Of a stretch of 64,000 bases of DNA, positions 29,101 through 39,665 are shown piece after piece; the first letter of the stretch is position 1, and the number at the start of each line of letters is the position of its first letter. The notes beneath the pieces were generated by a model. It worked only from the letters and a program-made list of their open reading frames with translations, did no database searches and was not told the DNA's origin. The stretch covers positions 1 through 64,000 of IMG/VR virus record IMGVR_UViG_3300047557_001530, one strand, 5' to 3'. Source of the DNA: a virus. The position numbers and the translations under genes were made by a program.

Positions 29101-30091
29101 TTTAGCTAGTGGAACCGCATCTTTCGTTCTTGACTCATACACTCAATACAATCAAGGTGGTGATGGTATTGTTATCGTAAACCAAGGTTATACTCAGTTG
29201 GTATCTATCTTTGAAATTTGTTGTGATCGTGCTGTTTATTTGTCTGGCGGATCTACTTGTTCGATTACAAACTCAAACACAGACTTTGGTAATTTTGGAT
29301 TGGTAGCTGATGGAACAAGTCCTTTGCAATATAAAGCAAATATTGACTTTAATCAATTAAGAGGCAGTACTTTTAAACTCAAAAATTTAAGAACAGAGCC
29401 TTATGTAGGACAGGTAATTACTTTTGGTAATAATGGGGATCCATACTATTTTATTCAGGAGATAAATATAACTAATAGTGGTTCTGGATATAATCCAAAT
29501 GATCCACCTACTATTGTCATTGATGCACCAACAGGTCCAGATGGTATTACAGCCCAAGCAATAGCTAATATTGAAGACGGCGAAATTACATCAATTACAT
29601 TGATTTCATCTGGTTCTCAGTTTATCACTGCTCCAAATATTCAAATTGTGGGTGGTGATCCTGATACTCCTGCTACAGCAATAGCTAAAATGTATCCTCA
29701 ATATTATAGTATTATTGCTACTACTGATGTTGATGGAGGAAAATCTACCATTACATTGGATGAAACAGTTCCTTTTGATTTGAATGATAATACAGAAGTT
29801 TACTTCTATCAAGTAACTAAGATTATTGCTAACTCACATTGTTTTGAATATGTTGGTGCAGGAACACAAATTAATAAGGCTATCCCAGCCAAAGGTGGTG
29901 TTCCGTCCCAAGCCTGTGAAGTTGTTGAATTGAATGGTGGTAAAGTTGCTTTTACAAGTACAGATCACCTAGGTAATTTTAGAATTGGTACAGGTATTCA
30001 AATTAACCAAAATACTGGTACATTATCTGGCGACTCCTTTGAAAGAAGTCTTTTCGTAACAGTAACCCCATTCATTCTAGCCCTATCCTAA
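26093..30091 (+). CDS. Virion fibre or tailspike-like protein: pectin-lyase-like beta-helix with four inserted phycobiliprotein-beta-like domains
   Basis: N-terminal T4-type attachment motif (TNTFEEQRLEIN), split beta-helix cap (WVTKDGDDDNDG...TVFVKSGVYVE), SPYIQNCTS beta-helix, and four CxxD..Y..DA...DL..GGN repeats. Confidence 0.75.
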   Translation: MALNRREVLKTNTFEEQRLEINRLAQDVYDVFTGEEGVEAIQIDGPIIDGTDKTGTQGQVLLSTGSGVLWKTLSISNVLWVTKDGDDDNDGLSQETAKASIGSALRAANSGFLGKLQDASNQILANKKLIQQESIGWLLTEYLKEGNGDKQIDAANLITANKDFIANEAVERMLGEYSEFTIPGGNQQCVSDVIKVLDAVIFNLRYDGNNKVYEAANVYVTNPSLLAGEREQSVAVYEYARDLTISVMRNQPITVQGSHGYTQFIDNTIIGDASNQPGIYNFLTDCADIASSITSLYAIILQAIGTEASPGDLDGITKTYPNRFTFPNSPPESGRYKDARNLIYRNIDEIADRALAEIAIQYDESTWGTDWTFPSASLSAETQRYKDAYRLIQNNRAYIIEEAFNFLLVNYPSFVNPDSDKCRRDLGYFIDAVSLDLFLGSNKYSRKFASFYYSGANVQYLEDEVTESVAAFEAAKDLMIDAMKNLLPYQDLSITVDNDPDGVCLNVEQSINTLFTIISDVLLNGIDELQAYPETPSNLFVNESKCRRDIEYVARSIADDLYNGGNINTIRAARKYFDIDGEFILIDGEGVQSLIAFQKAGEMINKALTNQLYEKNLTLPEAAAEYGGEGEVIPYGVSGNENTCIDVQNTVNTLIQILTTVIEDETLISLTGIEENEGIWAEYENICLRDIGYIIDAVASDLKQGGNVNCVDAGNAYYKGNELVFIDGEERQSLATFEKAKELMILAMRNWSLNIDGDTYRPKYTFIEPYIDSSLIIDTELNEENQSVLVYPPCSDVASSIENYFNIIEYIIKNGENSVAQQLPSFKTTVFVKSGVYVEQNPMTLPPNTGIVGDNLREVSILPAIPTVDMFYMNNGSYITGATFSGHLAPSAIGSFPKVLIGSPVNLPSCSGISNSYTITVPGTNNLVLGMTVSGDGIGTGAVITKIRGSQVTLSVANRESFTNRTIKFENYVGLTGVITRSPYIQNCTSLTTTGAGLRVDGNLASGTASFVLDSYTQYNQGGDGIVIVNQGYTQLVSIFEICCDRAVYLSGGSTCSITNSNTDFGNFGLVADGTSPLQYKANIDFNQLRGSTFKLKNLRTEPYVGQVITFGNNGDPYYFIQEINITNSGSGYNPNDPPTIVIDAPTGPDGITAQAIANIEDGEITSITLISSGSQFITAPNIQIVGGDPDTPATAIAKMYPQYYSIIATTDVDGGKSTITLDETVPFDLNDNTEVYFYQVTKIIANSHCFEYVGAGTQINKAIPAKGGVPSQACEVVELNGGKVAFTSTDHLGNFRIGTGIQINQNTGTLSGDSFERSLFVTVTPFILALS

Positions 30092-30100
30092 TTAAATAAA

Positions 30101-30433
30101 ATGGCTGCATTACCGTTAAATAATTTTAGAACAATAGTTAGTGTTGTAGACACGGATGAAACTATTGTATATACTTGTCCTTTGGGTTTTAAGGCAGTAT
30201 TTTTGATGGCTCAAGTGACTAATATTGGCACTCAAAATCATACAGTAACTTTTCTACATACCAGAGGAATCACTGATACTGAAATTGTTTATGATTATAC
30301 TGTTCCTCCAAAAGATACATTAAATTTATTGACTGGCAAATTAGTATTAGAAACTAATGAAAGTATTAAAATTGTTGGATCCAATGCATCCAATCTAAAA
30401 TTTTTGGCCAGCATTCTAGAAACATCAGCTTGA
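30101..30433 (+). CDS. Small beta-sandwich virion protein (110 aa)
   Basis: VYTCP...AQVTN, KLVLE motifs; within the fibre operon. Confidence 0.7.
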   Translation: MAALPLNNFRTIVSVVDTDETIVYTCPLGFKAVFLMAQVTNIGTQNHTVTFLHTRGITDTEIVYDYTVPPKDTLNLLTGKLVLETNESIKIVGSNASNLKFLASILETSA

Positions 30434-30439
30434 CGATAA

Positions 30440-33400
30440 ATGGCAGAATTATTAAGTCGTAGAGTACGAATTAAACCAGCAGCCGAGGTTGATCAATCTC
30501 GGTATGAATATTTGGGATTAAATCAAGCTGAGCCTAATTTAGGTACTCCGCCAGATGATGTTCAAATTTATTTTCTTGCGTCTGATATTAATGGTGTAAG
30601 AAGATGGGAATCTGGTGTACAAGGTCCACAAGGTATTCAGGGTATTCAGGGTACTAAGGGGGATCCTGGTCCCCAAGGTATTCAGGGTTTACAAGGCATT
30701 CAAGGTATTCAGGGTATTCAAGGTTTAGCTGGTACTTCTGTAAAAATTCTAGGTACAGTTCCAACACCAAACGATCTTCCTGGATATAACCCAACTGGTC
30801 CAGATACTTATACTGGTGATTACGGAGATGGTTATATTGTTTCTAGTACAGGAAAACTTTGGGTTTGGGCTGTATTAAACAATGAATGGTATGAAGTAGG
30901 AAATATTGTTGGTCCTCAAGGTGCTCAAGGTCGCCAAGGTACGCAGGGTATTGGTGGTTTTGGTGCTCAAGGCACTCAAGGTTTGCAAGGTATTTCTGGA
31001 ACAATTGGTGCCCAAGGTGTTCAGGGTCGTCAAGGAACGCAAGGTATTCAAGGTGTTTCTGGGCAAGGTGTTCAAGGTGCTCAAGGTACTGGTGGATTAC
31101 AAGGCGGACAAGGTACTCAAGGTATCCAAGGATTTCGTGGTTTGCAAGGAATTCAGGGTGTACAGGGAAGAACAGGAATTCAAGGACCTACTGGTATTCA
31201 AGGTATAAGTGGAGAATTTGGTGGCCAAGGGACTCAAGGTTTGCAAGGAACCACGGGTTCTCAGGGTCCTCAAGGAATTCAAGGACTAAGAGGATTTCAA
31301 GGAATTCAAGGAATTCAGGGAGCTATTGGTTCTCAAGGTACTCAGGGTAGGGCTATTCAAGGTACTCAGGGTGCTATTGGTCCACAAGGAATTCAAGGAA
31401 GAACTGGATTCCAAGGTGTTCAAGGTTTAGCTGGAACGTTAGGTGCTCAAGGTGCTCAAGGTATTCAAGGTTTCAGGGGCATTCAAGGAAATCAAGGTAT
31501 TCAGGGTTTAATTGGACCACAAGGAATTCAAGGTCCTCAGGGTGCTCAAGGAACTAGAGGATTTATTGGCGAACAGGGTGTTCAAGGTATTCAAGGCACA
31601 CAAGGAGTTCAAGGTACTCAGGGTATTCAAGGTCTTCTTGGATTCCAAGGTGTTCAGGGTGCTGCAATTCAAGGTACTCAGGGTATTGGTGGTACTAGTA
31701 TTAATATTCTAGGTAGTGTAAATACATTTTTGGACCTTCCTGGGTATCCAAATACTTATACTGGTGTTATTGGTGATTCTTATATTACTAGTGATAACGG
31801 AGAATTGTGGACATGGAATGGTTCTAATTGGATTAATGCTGGCACGGTAAGAGGTCCCCAAGGTTTACAAGGAGTACAAGGAACTCAAGGAATACAGGGC
31901 GTACAAGGCGTCCAGGGGCCTCAAGGAGTACAAGGACGCCAAGGTACTCAAGGTTTATCAATTCAAGGTATACAAGGCGTACAGGGGCCACAGGGAATAC
32001 AGGGAGTACAGGGTGTACAGGGCCTTCAAGGATTTTCTATTCAGGGTATTCAAGGTATTTTTGGTATTCAAGGTACTCAAGGACCTCAAGGTTTACAAGG
32101 AATTCAAGGTGTTCAAGGTCCAAGAGGACAGCAAGGTATCCAAGGAATCCAAGGAGTACAAGGACCCCAAGGTGTTCAAGGTGGTGCTGGCACATCAGTA
32201 AGAATTTTAGGAAACGTAGCAACAGAAAATGCGTTGCCAGGTTATCCAACTTCTTATAATGGAACTGTTGGCGATGCTTATATTGTAAATACAACTGGTT
32301 TCTTGTGGGTTTGGTCTGGTACTGCTTGGATTGAAGCTGGTAGAATTTTAGGTCCTCAAGGTGCTCAAGGTGTTCAAGGAACTCAAGGTATTCAAGGTCC
32401 TCAAGGATCTCAAGGTATTCAGGGTCCTCAAGGTGTTCAAGGACCTCAAGGTTTACAAGGAATTCAAGGACCTCAGGGGGTTCAGGGAGTACAAGGTGTA
32501 CAAGGAGCACAAGGTCGTCAAGGAACACAAGGATTGCAAGGTCCTCAGGGTATTCAAGGATTTAATGCAATTACAGTAGTTAATGATATCAGCACAAATG
32601 CTGATAGATATATTGTTTTTGAAGAAGCTACTTCTGGTGCTCAAACAGTAATTAATGTTTCTTCCACTAAACTAATCTTCAATCCTTCCACAGGTAATTT
32701 GACCGTTGGTGGTGACACTAGAGCAAATACATTTATTCCTTTAAGTTCTTCTGTACCTTCTTACGGAATTTATCAGCCTGTATCTGGTGCTGTCGGTATT
32801 TCAACAAATAGTCTAGAAAGATTTAGATTAGATACTTCAGGTAATGTTCTGATTGGTACTACAACAAATACTAATTCTTCCAGATTAGTTTCTGCTGGCA
32901 CTATTTCTGAAACAGTTAATGCAGAACAATTTTTAGTAGCTTCTCAATTTGACGTTGGTGTTGCACCCAACCAAATTCCACTTAATCAATATCTTGGACA
33001 ATTAGCGTTCTTGGATATATACAGTCCATACGCATTAAGAAGAGATGGCGGAGGATCTGATGATGTAACGGTAGATTCAAATGGTAATTTAATTACAATT
33101 AATGAACTTTGTCTCAGCACTGATCGTTATAGATTAGCTTCTTCGCAAGCAAATTATACTTCATCTACTATTCAAACTTTAGATTCTATATCTACAGCAA
33201 CTTATAGATCAGCTAAGTATTTTGTTCAAGTAACTGCAACAAATCAAATTGCTACATTTGGAACAATAACTGGAGGAAGTTTCTATCTAGCAGGAACTTA
33301 TGTAAATGTTCCTTTAACTGGAGGAACTGGTTCTGGAGCAGTTGCAACAATTACTGTTAATGGTTCTTTATCCAATATTACTTCAGTTGCATCTAGCGTA

Positions 33401-33946
33401 TTTACATCAAACGGTCATGGATTAACGGCAAACCAACCATTAAGATTTAATGCCACTGTTGCAGGTACTCCTGGTGTTACTTCAACGTCAGCAGTTTATT
33501 ATGCAATTGTAGTTGATGCAAATACTTTCCAAGTTGCAACATCTTCTGGAGGTACTGCTGTAACTGGATTCACTGATAACGCAGCATTGAACGTAAGTAT
33601 TACTAAGTCTGGTGGTGTTTCGAGCATTACTTTAGTTGATGCTGGTTCTGGATTTACTGTAAATGATTCAATGACTGCTTCGGTTTCTAATTTAGGTGGT
33701 GCTACTGGAGGATCTGGATTTACTGTTCCTGTTGCCACACTAACATCAAATCATATGGTTTCGGATATTATTTTAATTCATGACGGAACTACTGCAGATA
33801 TTTTAGAATTAGCTAATATGAGCACTGCAAATATAACATTAGGAACATTCTCTACAGATATTTCAAGTTCTACTATGAGACTAAGATTTACTCCAGCATA
33901 TCAATACAATACAATTAAAGTCGCAAGACATGCATTTACCGTCTAG
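30440..33946 (+). CDS. Collagen-like (Gly-X-Gln) tail fibre protein
   Basis: Long GXQ triplet runs interrupted by three globular knob repeats; C-terminal YRSAKY..Q...IHDG domain. Confidence 0.85.
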   Translation: MAELLSRRVRIKPAAEVDQSRYEYLGLNQAEPNLGTPPDDVQIYFLASDINGVRRWESGVQGPQGIQGIQGTKGDPGPQGIQGLQGIQGIQGIQGLAGTSVKILGTVPTPNDLPGYNPTGPDTYTGDYGDGYIVSSTGKLWVWAVLNNEWYEVGNIVGPQGAQGRQGTQGIGGFGAQGTQGLQGISGTIGAQGVQGRQGTQGIQGVSGQGVQGAQGTGGLQGGQGTQGIQGFRGLQGIQGVQGRTGIQGPTGIQGISGEFGGQGTQGLQGTTGSQGPQGIQGLRGFQGIQGIQGAIGSQGTQGRAIQGTQGAIGPQGIQGRTGFQGVQGLAGTLGAQGAQGIQGFRGIQGNQGIQGLIGPQGIQGPQGAQGTRGFIGEQGVQGIQGTQGVQGTQGIQGLLGFQGVQGAAIQGTQGIGGTSINILGSVNTFLDLPGYPNTYTGVIGDSYITSDNGELWTWNGSNWINAGTVRGPQGLQGVQGTQGIQGVQGVQGPQGVQGRQGTQGLSIQGIQGVQGPQGIQGVQGVQGLQGFSIQGIQGIFGIQGTQGPQGLQGIQGVQGPRGQQGIQGIQGVQGPQGVQGGAGTSVRILGNVATENALPGYPTSYNGTVGDAYIVNTTGFLWVWSGTAWIEAGRILGPQGAQGVQGTQGIQGPQGSQGIQGPQGVQGPQGLQGIQGPQGVQGVQGVQGAQGRQGTQGLQGPQGIQGFNAITVVNDISTNADRYIVFEEATSGAQTVINVSSTKLIFNPSTGNLTVGGDTRANTFIPLSSSVPSYGIYQPVSGAVGISTNSLERFRLDTSGNVLIGTTTNTNSSRLVSAGTISETVNAEQFLVASQFDVGVAPNQIPLNQYLGQLAFLDIYSPYALRRDGGGSDDVTVDSNGNLITINELCLSTDRYRLASSQANYTSSTIQTLDSISTATYRSAKYFVQVTATNQIATFGTITGGSFYLAGTYVNVPLTGGTGSGAVATITVNGSLSNITSVASSVFTSNGHGLTANQPLRFNATVAGTPGVTSTSAVYYAIVVDANTFQVATSSGGTAVTGFTDNAALNVSITKSGGVSSITLVDAGSGFTVNDSMTASVSNLGGATGGSGFTVPVATLTSNHMVSDIILIHDGTTADILELANMSTANITLGTFSTDISSSTMRLRFTPAYQYNTIKVARHAFTV
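30613..32562 (+). repeat. 9-bp-period collagen-coding repeat (GGN NNN CAR)n
   Basis: Many caaggt/caagga units encoding G-X-Q. Confidence 0.9.
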
Positions 33947-33954
33947 GAGTAGTC

Positions 33955-36345
33955 ATGGCAATATCTCAAAATTTTCCTAGTGAAGGTCCTAATTTATATG
34001 TCAATTTTGCTGGTTCAAAAACTTTAGATCCTAGGATTAATTTTTCTAGAGCTAGTACAGGAACTTATGTTGATGCAGATGGATTAATTAAAACTGCTGC
34101 AATTAATAGACCTAGGTTTGATCATAATATTCTTACAGGAGAATCTTTAGGACTATTGGTAGAGCCAGGAAGAACTAATTTATTAAGACAAAGTATTGTT
34201 AGACCAGATTTACCTGGAGATACTTATTCATTTTGGACTTCATTTATAGGCGGAACTACAATTAGACCATATGCTGAATTATCTCCAGATGGCACATTCA
34301 ATGCAGCATTAGTTCAGAACTCCACTGCATCAATTGGCGACATGTTGTTACGTTATGAACAATCTCTTGCTGGTGTTTCTGGGTTGGTTGACTCGATTTG
34401 GGTCAAAGCAGTTAGTGGTACTGTCACTGTTGCTATGTATGGCAGCCCAACGGCCCAAGACACAGTTACAAATGTGACATTTGGAACGCAATGGACCCGC
34501 CTTTCGATGAGAAGACCGTCTTCAGCTAACTATTTTCTCAAATTGATAAAAATAAGTGCAACTCCAGTATCTTTTTATGTATGGGGAGGACAATGTGAAA
34601 GTGGTACTTTTTCAACTAGCTTTATTCCAACTTTACCCACATTTACTTCAAGGGCTTCTTCAGCAACTTTTTACGACTCTACAGGAATCCTAAGAACTGC
34701 AGCAACTAACGTAGCAAGAAGTAATGCGTTTTTTCCAGATAGTTCTGGGGTGTTTAGAAGTGGTGGGTTGTTGCTTGAATCTGCTGCTACAAATTTGTGT
34801 ATTAGATCAGAAACATTCACTGCAGCTCCATGGACAGACTTTACTGCAAATGTAAGCATAACAGCAAATCAATTAGATCCTGCTGGTGGAACTACAGCAT
34901 CACTAGTAACTCATACCGCAGGAACAAGTCGCCACAGAGTATCAGAAAAAATTTCAACCACAAGAGTATCTAGAAGTTTTTATGTAAAAAAAACAAATCA
35001 ACGTTACATTTATGTTGGAGATCAAAATGCCAGTAATTATAGTCCAAATTATAGATTTGATTTAGATACTGGTACTGGTGCTGTAATTGCGGATTCATTT
35101 GGATATAATTATGGGTATTCTATAACTAAAGTTGCAAATGAATTTTACAGGATCTGGGTAGATTGTGTATCACAAGATATAACTCAAATAGTTGCATCAA
35201 ATACTTTATCATCATCAGGAACAAATCCATTATCAACAAATGAAACCGCAACAGGTACAGAATCTTTTATTATTTGGGGATATCAAGTTGAAACAGGAAC
35301 TTATTTCACTTCATACATTCAAACAACAGGAGCAACAGCAACAAGAGCAGCAGATGTAACAACAAGTTCTGCAGTAACTCGTAGTGCGGATATAGTAAGT
35401 TTATCAGGAACTTCGTCAATTGTAAATACTTCTGGAGGAACTTTATTATCTTTAAGTAACCAAACTTCTCCTGTAATCGATACAACATCTTTATCAATTA
35501 ATTCAACATCATTATCAACTTCCAGACCAGTTAGAGAAATTTTATATTATCCTACAGTATTAACTTCAACTACCATAAAACAAATTAAAGCTTTTCCTTC
35601 ATTTGTTACTAATGGTTTGCAATTACATTTAGATGCTGGCAATACTAGTTCTTATTCAGGATCTGGAAGTACTTGGACAGATTTAAGTGGTAACGGACGT
35701 AACTTTACTTTAGTTAATTCTTCTTATTATGCATTTGATTCTGCTAATGAAGGTTCTATAAGATTGACAAGAACATTACCCCCTACAGCAGAAACTGGAG
35801 GTTATGCAGAACATACTGGTTCTGGAGCATTAGCGGTTACTACGTATCTTTATAATAATCATACTACAGAAATTTGGGCAAGAATTAATGATAGAAATCC
35901 AACAAACCATACTGTAAATGAAACTCAAAGTGCATTATTTGTTTATCGTGGGTGGCATTCTATGTTTTACTATGGATCTAGTGCATTAACTTATACAGTT
36001 TATGATGGTGCTTCAACTGCAAGAGATGCAGTAGGGTTATCAATAGGAACATCAGGAACAGATATTATTCAAGGAACATGGTTTAATGTAGTAGTTACAA
36101 GAAATGGAAATATTTTTAGTACTTATATTAACGGAGTTTTAAAAGGATCAATCACATTAATTACTAGTTCTTCTGGTGTTAATACAACGAATAGTATTAG
36201 AATCGGAATGGCAAATCCATCAGGTGAAGATTTTAGTTGGCACGCAGATGCTAATGTTTCATGTGCAAGGATGTATAACATAGCTCTTACTGCGTCTGAA
36301 GTTGCACAAAACTTCAACGCCCTTCGTGGTCGTTATGGTATCTAA
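33955..36345 (+). CDS. Receptor-binding protein paralog A (2 CBM-like modules and C-terminal ConA/LamG lectin domain)
   Basis: GLLxE..TN ... WGxQxE..TSYI units x2; GL.LHLDAGN..SY.GSG.TWTDLSGN lectin domain ending FNALRGRYGI. Confidence 0.75.
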   Translation: MAISQNFPSEGPNLYVNFAGSKTLDPRINFSRASTGTYVDADGLIKTAAINRPRFDHNILTGESLGLLVEPGRTNLLRQSIVRPDLPGDTYSFWTSFIGGTTIRPYAELSPDGTFNAALVQNSTASIGDMLLRYEQSLAGVSGLVDSIWVKAVSGTVTVAMYGSPTAQDTVTNVTFGTQWTRLSMRRPSSANYFLKLIKISATPVSFYVWGGQCESGTFSTSFIPTLPTFTSRASSATFYDSTGILRTAATNVARSNAFFPDSSGVFRSGGLLLESAATNLCIRSETFTAAPWTDFTANVSITANQLDPAGGTTASLVTHTAGTSRHRVSEKISTTRVSRSFYVKKTNQRYIYVGDQNASNYSPNYRFDLDTGTGAVIADSFGYNYGYSITKVANEFYRIWVDCVSQDITQIVASNTLSSSGTNPLSTNETATGTESFIIWGYQVETGTYFTSYIQTTGATATRAADVTTSSAVTRSADIVSLSGTSSIVNTSGGTLLSLSNQTSPVIDTTSLSINSTSLSTSRPVREILYYPTVLTSTTIKQIKAFPSFVTNGLQLHLDAGNTSSYSGSGSTWTDLSGNGRNFTLVNSSYYAFDSANEGSIRLTRTLPPTAETGGYAEHTGSGALAVTTYLYNNHTTEIWARINDRNPTNHTVNETQSALFVYRGWHSMFYYGSSALTYTVYDGASTARDAVGLSIGTSGTDIIQGTWFNVVVTRNGNIFSTYINGVLKGSITLITSSSGVNTTNSIRIGMANPSGEDFSWHADANVSCARMYNIALTASEVAQNFNALRGRYGI

Positions 36346-36371
36346 ATAATTAATAAAATAAATTTAAGACT

Positions 36372-36626
36372 ATGTACGAAAATCGACAGTTTGCTATATT
36401 TGCAACATCAGAATTAGATAAAATTGATTTCACTCAAGTTTTAGAAACTTCTGTAGATACTGTAAGAAAATCTGTAGATGGAACTAAGACTTTTGTAAAG
36501 TGGGATTCTGAAGAAATTCCTACATGTATTCAAGAATTAACTACACTTCAAGGTTATTATACTTATGAACAAATGCTTGAGCTTTTAAATACTTCTGAAT
36601 GGTCATCTAAGGAACAGAGTGTATAA
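36372..36626 (+). CDS. Small acidic partner protein (84 aa)
   Basis: IDF.QVLETS.DT.RKSVDG.KTFVKW; follows a lectin-domain gene. Confidence 0.7.
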   Translation: MYENRQFAIFATSELDKIDFTQVLETSVDTVRKSVDGTKTFVKWDSEEIPTCIQELTTLQGYYTYEQMLELLNTSEWSSKEQSV

Positions 36627-39600
36627 ATGTCATTTACACAGAATATTCAATCCGTTGCTCCTACATTAAATATAAATTTTACTAAATCTAATCGACTAGA
36701 TTCTCGTATTAGTTTTAGTAGAAGTAGCTCTGGCACTTATTTTAATAGCCAAGGTGTTTTAACTACTGCAGCAACTAATGTACCAAGATTTCAAAATGAA
36801 TTTAATTCAACTTTAAATCGTTGGGTTCCTAAAGGATTGTTGGTTGAAGAAAGTAGAACAAATAAAGCATCAAATTCAGTAAACTTTATTTCTGGTTCTA
36901 CCATCATTCCTTATTATGAAATTGCTCCAGATGGCACTCTTACAGCTTTAGCTTATCAACCCCCAAGTGATGCTAATAGTGCAGGAACTCACGAAAAATA
37001 TGCAATATTTCCTGGGCTAACAATTAATGTAGGAGATACTGTAACTATTTTTGCAAAAAGAAAACCAGGATCAGCTTTAAAATTTTTGCACCTAAGAATA
37101 TTTACTAGTGGTTGGCTTAATTCGTATAATTTAGAAACTGGTGCAGTGAGTATTAATGACCCTGCTATGCCTGGATCTATGACAAATGTAGGTAACGGAT
37201 GGTGGAGATGTGAGTTTACTAATTTTGCTTCTGCAGGAAATACAACACTCCTAAGAATATGGGTTAGCACTAATGGTAGTATAGGAAATGCAACTAATGG
37301 AGATCCTATGTATCTTTGGGGTCTTCAATCAGAAACTGGTATCAATCCAACTTCATACATTTCAACATTTCCTTTATTTTCTTCCAGGGCTTCATCTGCA
37401 ACCTATTATGATTCTACTGGAATTATTAGGACAGCAGTAACTAACGAAGCGAGAAGTGCAGCATTTTTACCAAGTAGCACAGGAACATTTGCAAGAGTTG
37501 GAACTTTACTTGAAAGTGCTGCTACTAATTTACTTCAATATAGTGAAGACTTTAGGAATGCTATGTGGTCAAAAAGTGAGGTAACTTTAATTAGCAATAC
37601 GCCAGCAACTACTGCTCCAGACGGATCACTAAATGCAACTAAACTTGTTGAAACTAGTGCAACATCAGTACACAGACTTAGTATGTCAGTGAATCCTTCT
37701 GGTTTTCAAGACTGGGCATTAAGTGTATTCGCCAAAGCTGCTGAAAGAAGCGTACTTACATTGATGCCTGCTACCACAGGTGGCGGAGATTCCCCTGTTT
37801 ATTTTGACCTATCTGCTGGCACATTTACCATTGCTGGATCTAGTGCGGTTAATGCTTCTATGCAAAAGCTGTCTAATGGTTGGTATCGGTGCTCTGTTTA
37901 TGATGGTGCTGCTGGGTTTGGCTATCCATTTATTGGTCTTGTTGCTACATCTGGAACTCATTCATATACAGGTGATGGAACTTCAGGTGTATATATTTGG
38001 GGTGCTCAGTTAGAAGTAAATTCATTTTCTACGTCATATATTAAATCAATGCCTTCATTTACATCAAGGGCATCTTCTGCAACTTATTATGATGTCAATG
38101 GAATTTTAAGAACTGCTGCTGTTAATGAAGCAAGAAGTAATGCATATTTACCAGACAGTTCTGGGGTGTTTAGAAGTATTGGATTATTATATGAAGGTGC
38201 TGCAACAAATCTTGCTACCCATAGTGAACAACTAAGTAGTTGGGGTAACAATGGAAATGGTATAATAATTACTACAAATTCAGAAATTGCTCCAGATGGA
38301 ACTTTGACCGCAGATAGATTATCTCAATCTTCTGTCACTAATGCAAATAGAACTTTGTTTAATCCTGCTAGTACCGTAAGATCAGGACAAATACTTACAA
38401 CAAGTTTTTGGATGAAAAAAGTGAGTGGGACTAACACAGAACCATCTATTTCCGTATGTGGTATTGGTGGTGGTCCTTGTCAAACTATTACTGTTACATC
38501 TGATTGGAAAAGATATACATACACTTTTACTGCAATCAATGATGGGGGAAATTATGAAGTAGGATCTATTAACATTGGTTGGAATCTCAATGGTGCGGCA
38601 AATAATAATGTGTATGCTTTATGGGGATTCCAAGTTGAAGTTGGTTCTTTAGCAACATCATACATCTCAACGACAAATGCAACAGTAACAAGATCTGCTG
38701 ATGTAGTTTCAAGTTCAACTGTAACAAGAGCAGCAGATGTAACTACTAGTGCAACAGCAACGAGAGCTGCAGATAATGTAAGTATTAGTGGATCTAATTT
38801 TACAAATATTCATAATCCAACGGAAAATACTTTAGTTTCTATTGGAGAAGAAAATCTTTATACATTATCTTCAACTGCATTAACAATAAATTCAAATTCT
38901 AAATTAGATAGTACAGTTTCTAATCTAATATATTATCCAAAAGCACTCCAATATGCTTCATTAAAATCATCTAGTGCATATCCTGCTATTATTTCTGATG
39001 GTTTAGTATTAAATCTTGATGCAAGTAGTAGAAAATCATACAGAACTCCTGGTGCTACTTGGAGAGATTTGAGTATTAATAATATTAGTGCTACATTATC
39101 TAACGGTCCTACTTTTAATAGTTCTAATAGTGGTTCAATTGTTTTTGATGGTGTTGATGATCGAATAACCTTAGGAACTCCAACAGCACTAACTGCTTTA
39201 TTTGGAACTAATGCAGTTTCTGTAGAAGTTTGGTTGAGAAGATCAGCAAATATTACTTCGCAAAAAATTGTATTTGATTCAGGAACTAATGAATATATTC
39301 AGATGGATATAAATTCAAATCAATTATCTTTTGCTATAGGAACACCAACAAGCGTTAGATCTGCTAGAAGTGCTACTTTAGATTTAGATGTTTGGTATCA
39401 TTATGTTGGTGTGTACAATGGAACAACAATTACAACATATTTAAATTCTGTCCAAAGTTCTCAGATAGCACAAACTGGAAATATTGCAACTGACAGTGGA
39501 GGATTTTTTATAGCATCTTATACATCAGGTTTTAATTTTCCTGGAAGAATTGCTTCGGTTAAAGTTTATAACAAAGCATTATCTTCTACAGAAGTTACTC

Positions 39601-39638
39601 AAAACTTCAACGCACAACGTAGACGTTTTGGAATCTAA
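36627..39638 (+). CDS. Receptor-binding protein paralog B (3 modules and lectin domain)
   Basis: Same unit x3; C-terminal GLVLNLDA...FNAQRRRFGI. Confidence 0.75.
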   Translation: MSFTQNIQSVAPTLNINFTKSNRLDSRISFSRSSSGTYFNSQGVLTTAATNVPRFQNEFNSTLNRWVPKGLLVEESRTNKASNSVNFISGSTIIPYYEIAPDGTLTALAYQPPSDANSAGTHEKYAIFPGLTINVGDTVTIFAKRKPGSALKFLHLRIFTSGWLNSYNLETGAVSINDPAMPGSMTNVGNGWWRCEFTNFASAGNTTLLRIWVSTNGSIGNATNGDPMYLWGLQSETGINPTSYISTFPLFSSRASSATYYDSTGIIRTAVTNEARSAAFLPSSTGTFARVGTLLESAATNLLQYSEDFRNAMWSKSEVTLISNTPATTAPDGSLNATKLVETSATSVHRLSMSVNPSGFQDWALSVFAKAAERSVLTLMPATTGGGDSPVYFDLSAGTFTIAGSSAVNASMQKLSNGWYRCSVYDGAAGFGYPFIGLVATSGTHSYTGDGTSGVYIWGAQLEVNSFSTSYIKSMPSFTSRASSATYYDVNGILRTAAVNEARSNAYLPDSSGVFRSIGLLYEGAATNLATHSEQLSSWGNNGNGIIITTNSEIAPDGTLTADRLSQSSVTNANRTLFNPASTVRSGQILTTSFWMKKVSGTNTEPSISVCGIGGGPCQTITVTSDWKRYTYTFTAINDGGNYEVGSINIGWNLNGAANNNVYALWGFQVEVGSLATSYISTTNATVTRSADVVSSSTVTRAADVTTSATATRAADNVSISGSNFTNIHNPTENTLVSIGEENLYTLSSTALTINSNSKLDSTVSNLIYYPKALQYASLKSSSAYPAIISDGLVLNLDASSRKSYRTPGATWRDLSINNISATLSNGPTFNSSNSGSIVFDGVDDRITLGTPTALTALFGTNAVSVEVWLRRSANITSQKIVFDSGTNEYIQMDINSNQLSFAIGTPTSVRSARSATLDLDVWYHYVGVYNGTTITTYLNSVQSSQIAQTGNIATDSGGFFIASYTSGFNFPGRIASVKVYNKALSSTEVTQNFNAQRRRFGI

Positions 39639-39665
39639 AATAAATACTGATAAACATCAATACCC

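Noticed and set aside
30875-32644. Alternative-frame ORFs (KVLKVFK..., LEHLE...)
   Set aside because: By-products of the 9-bp collagen repeat.
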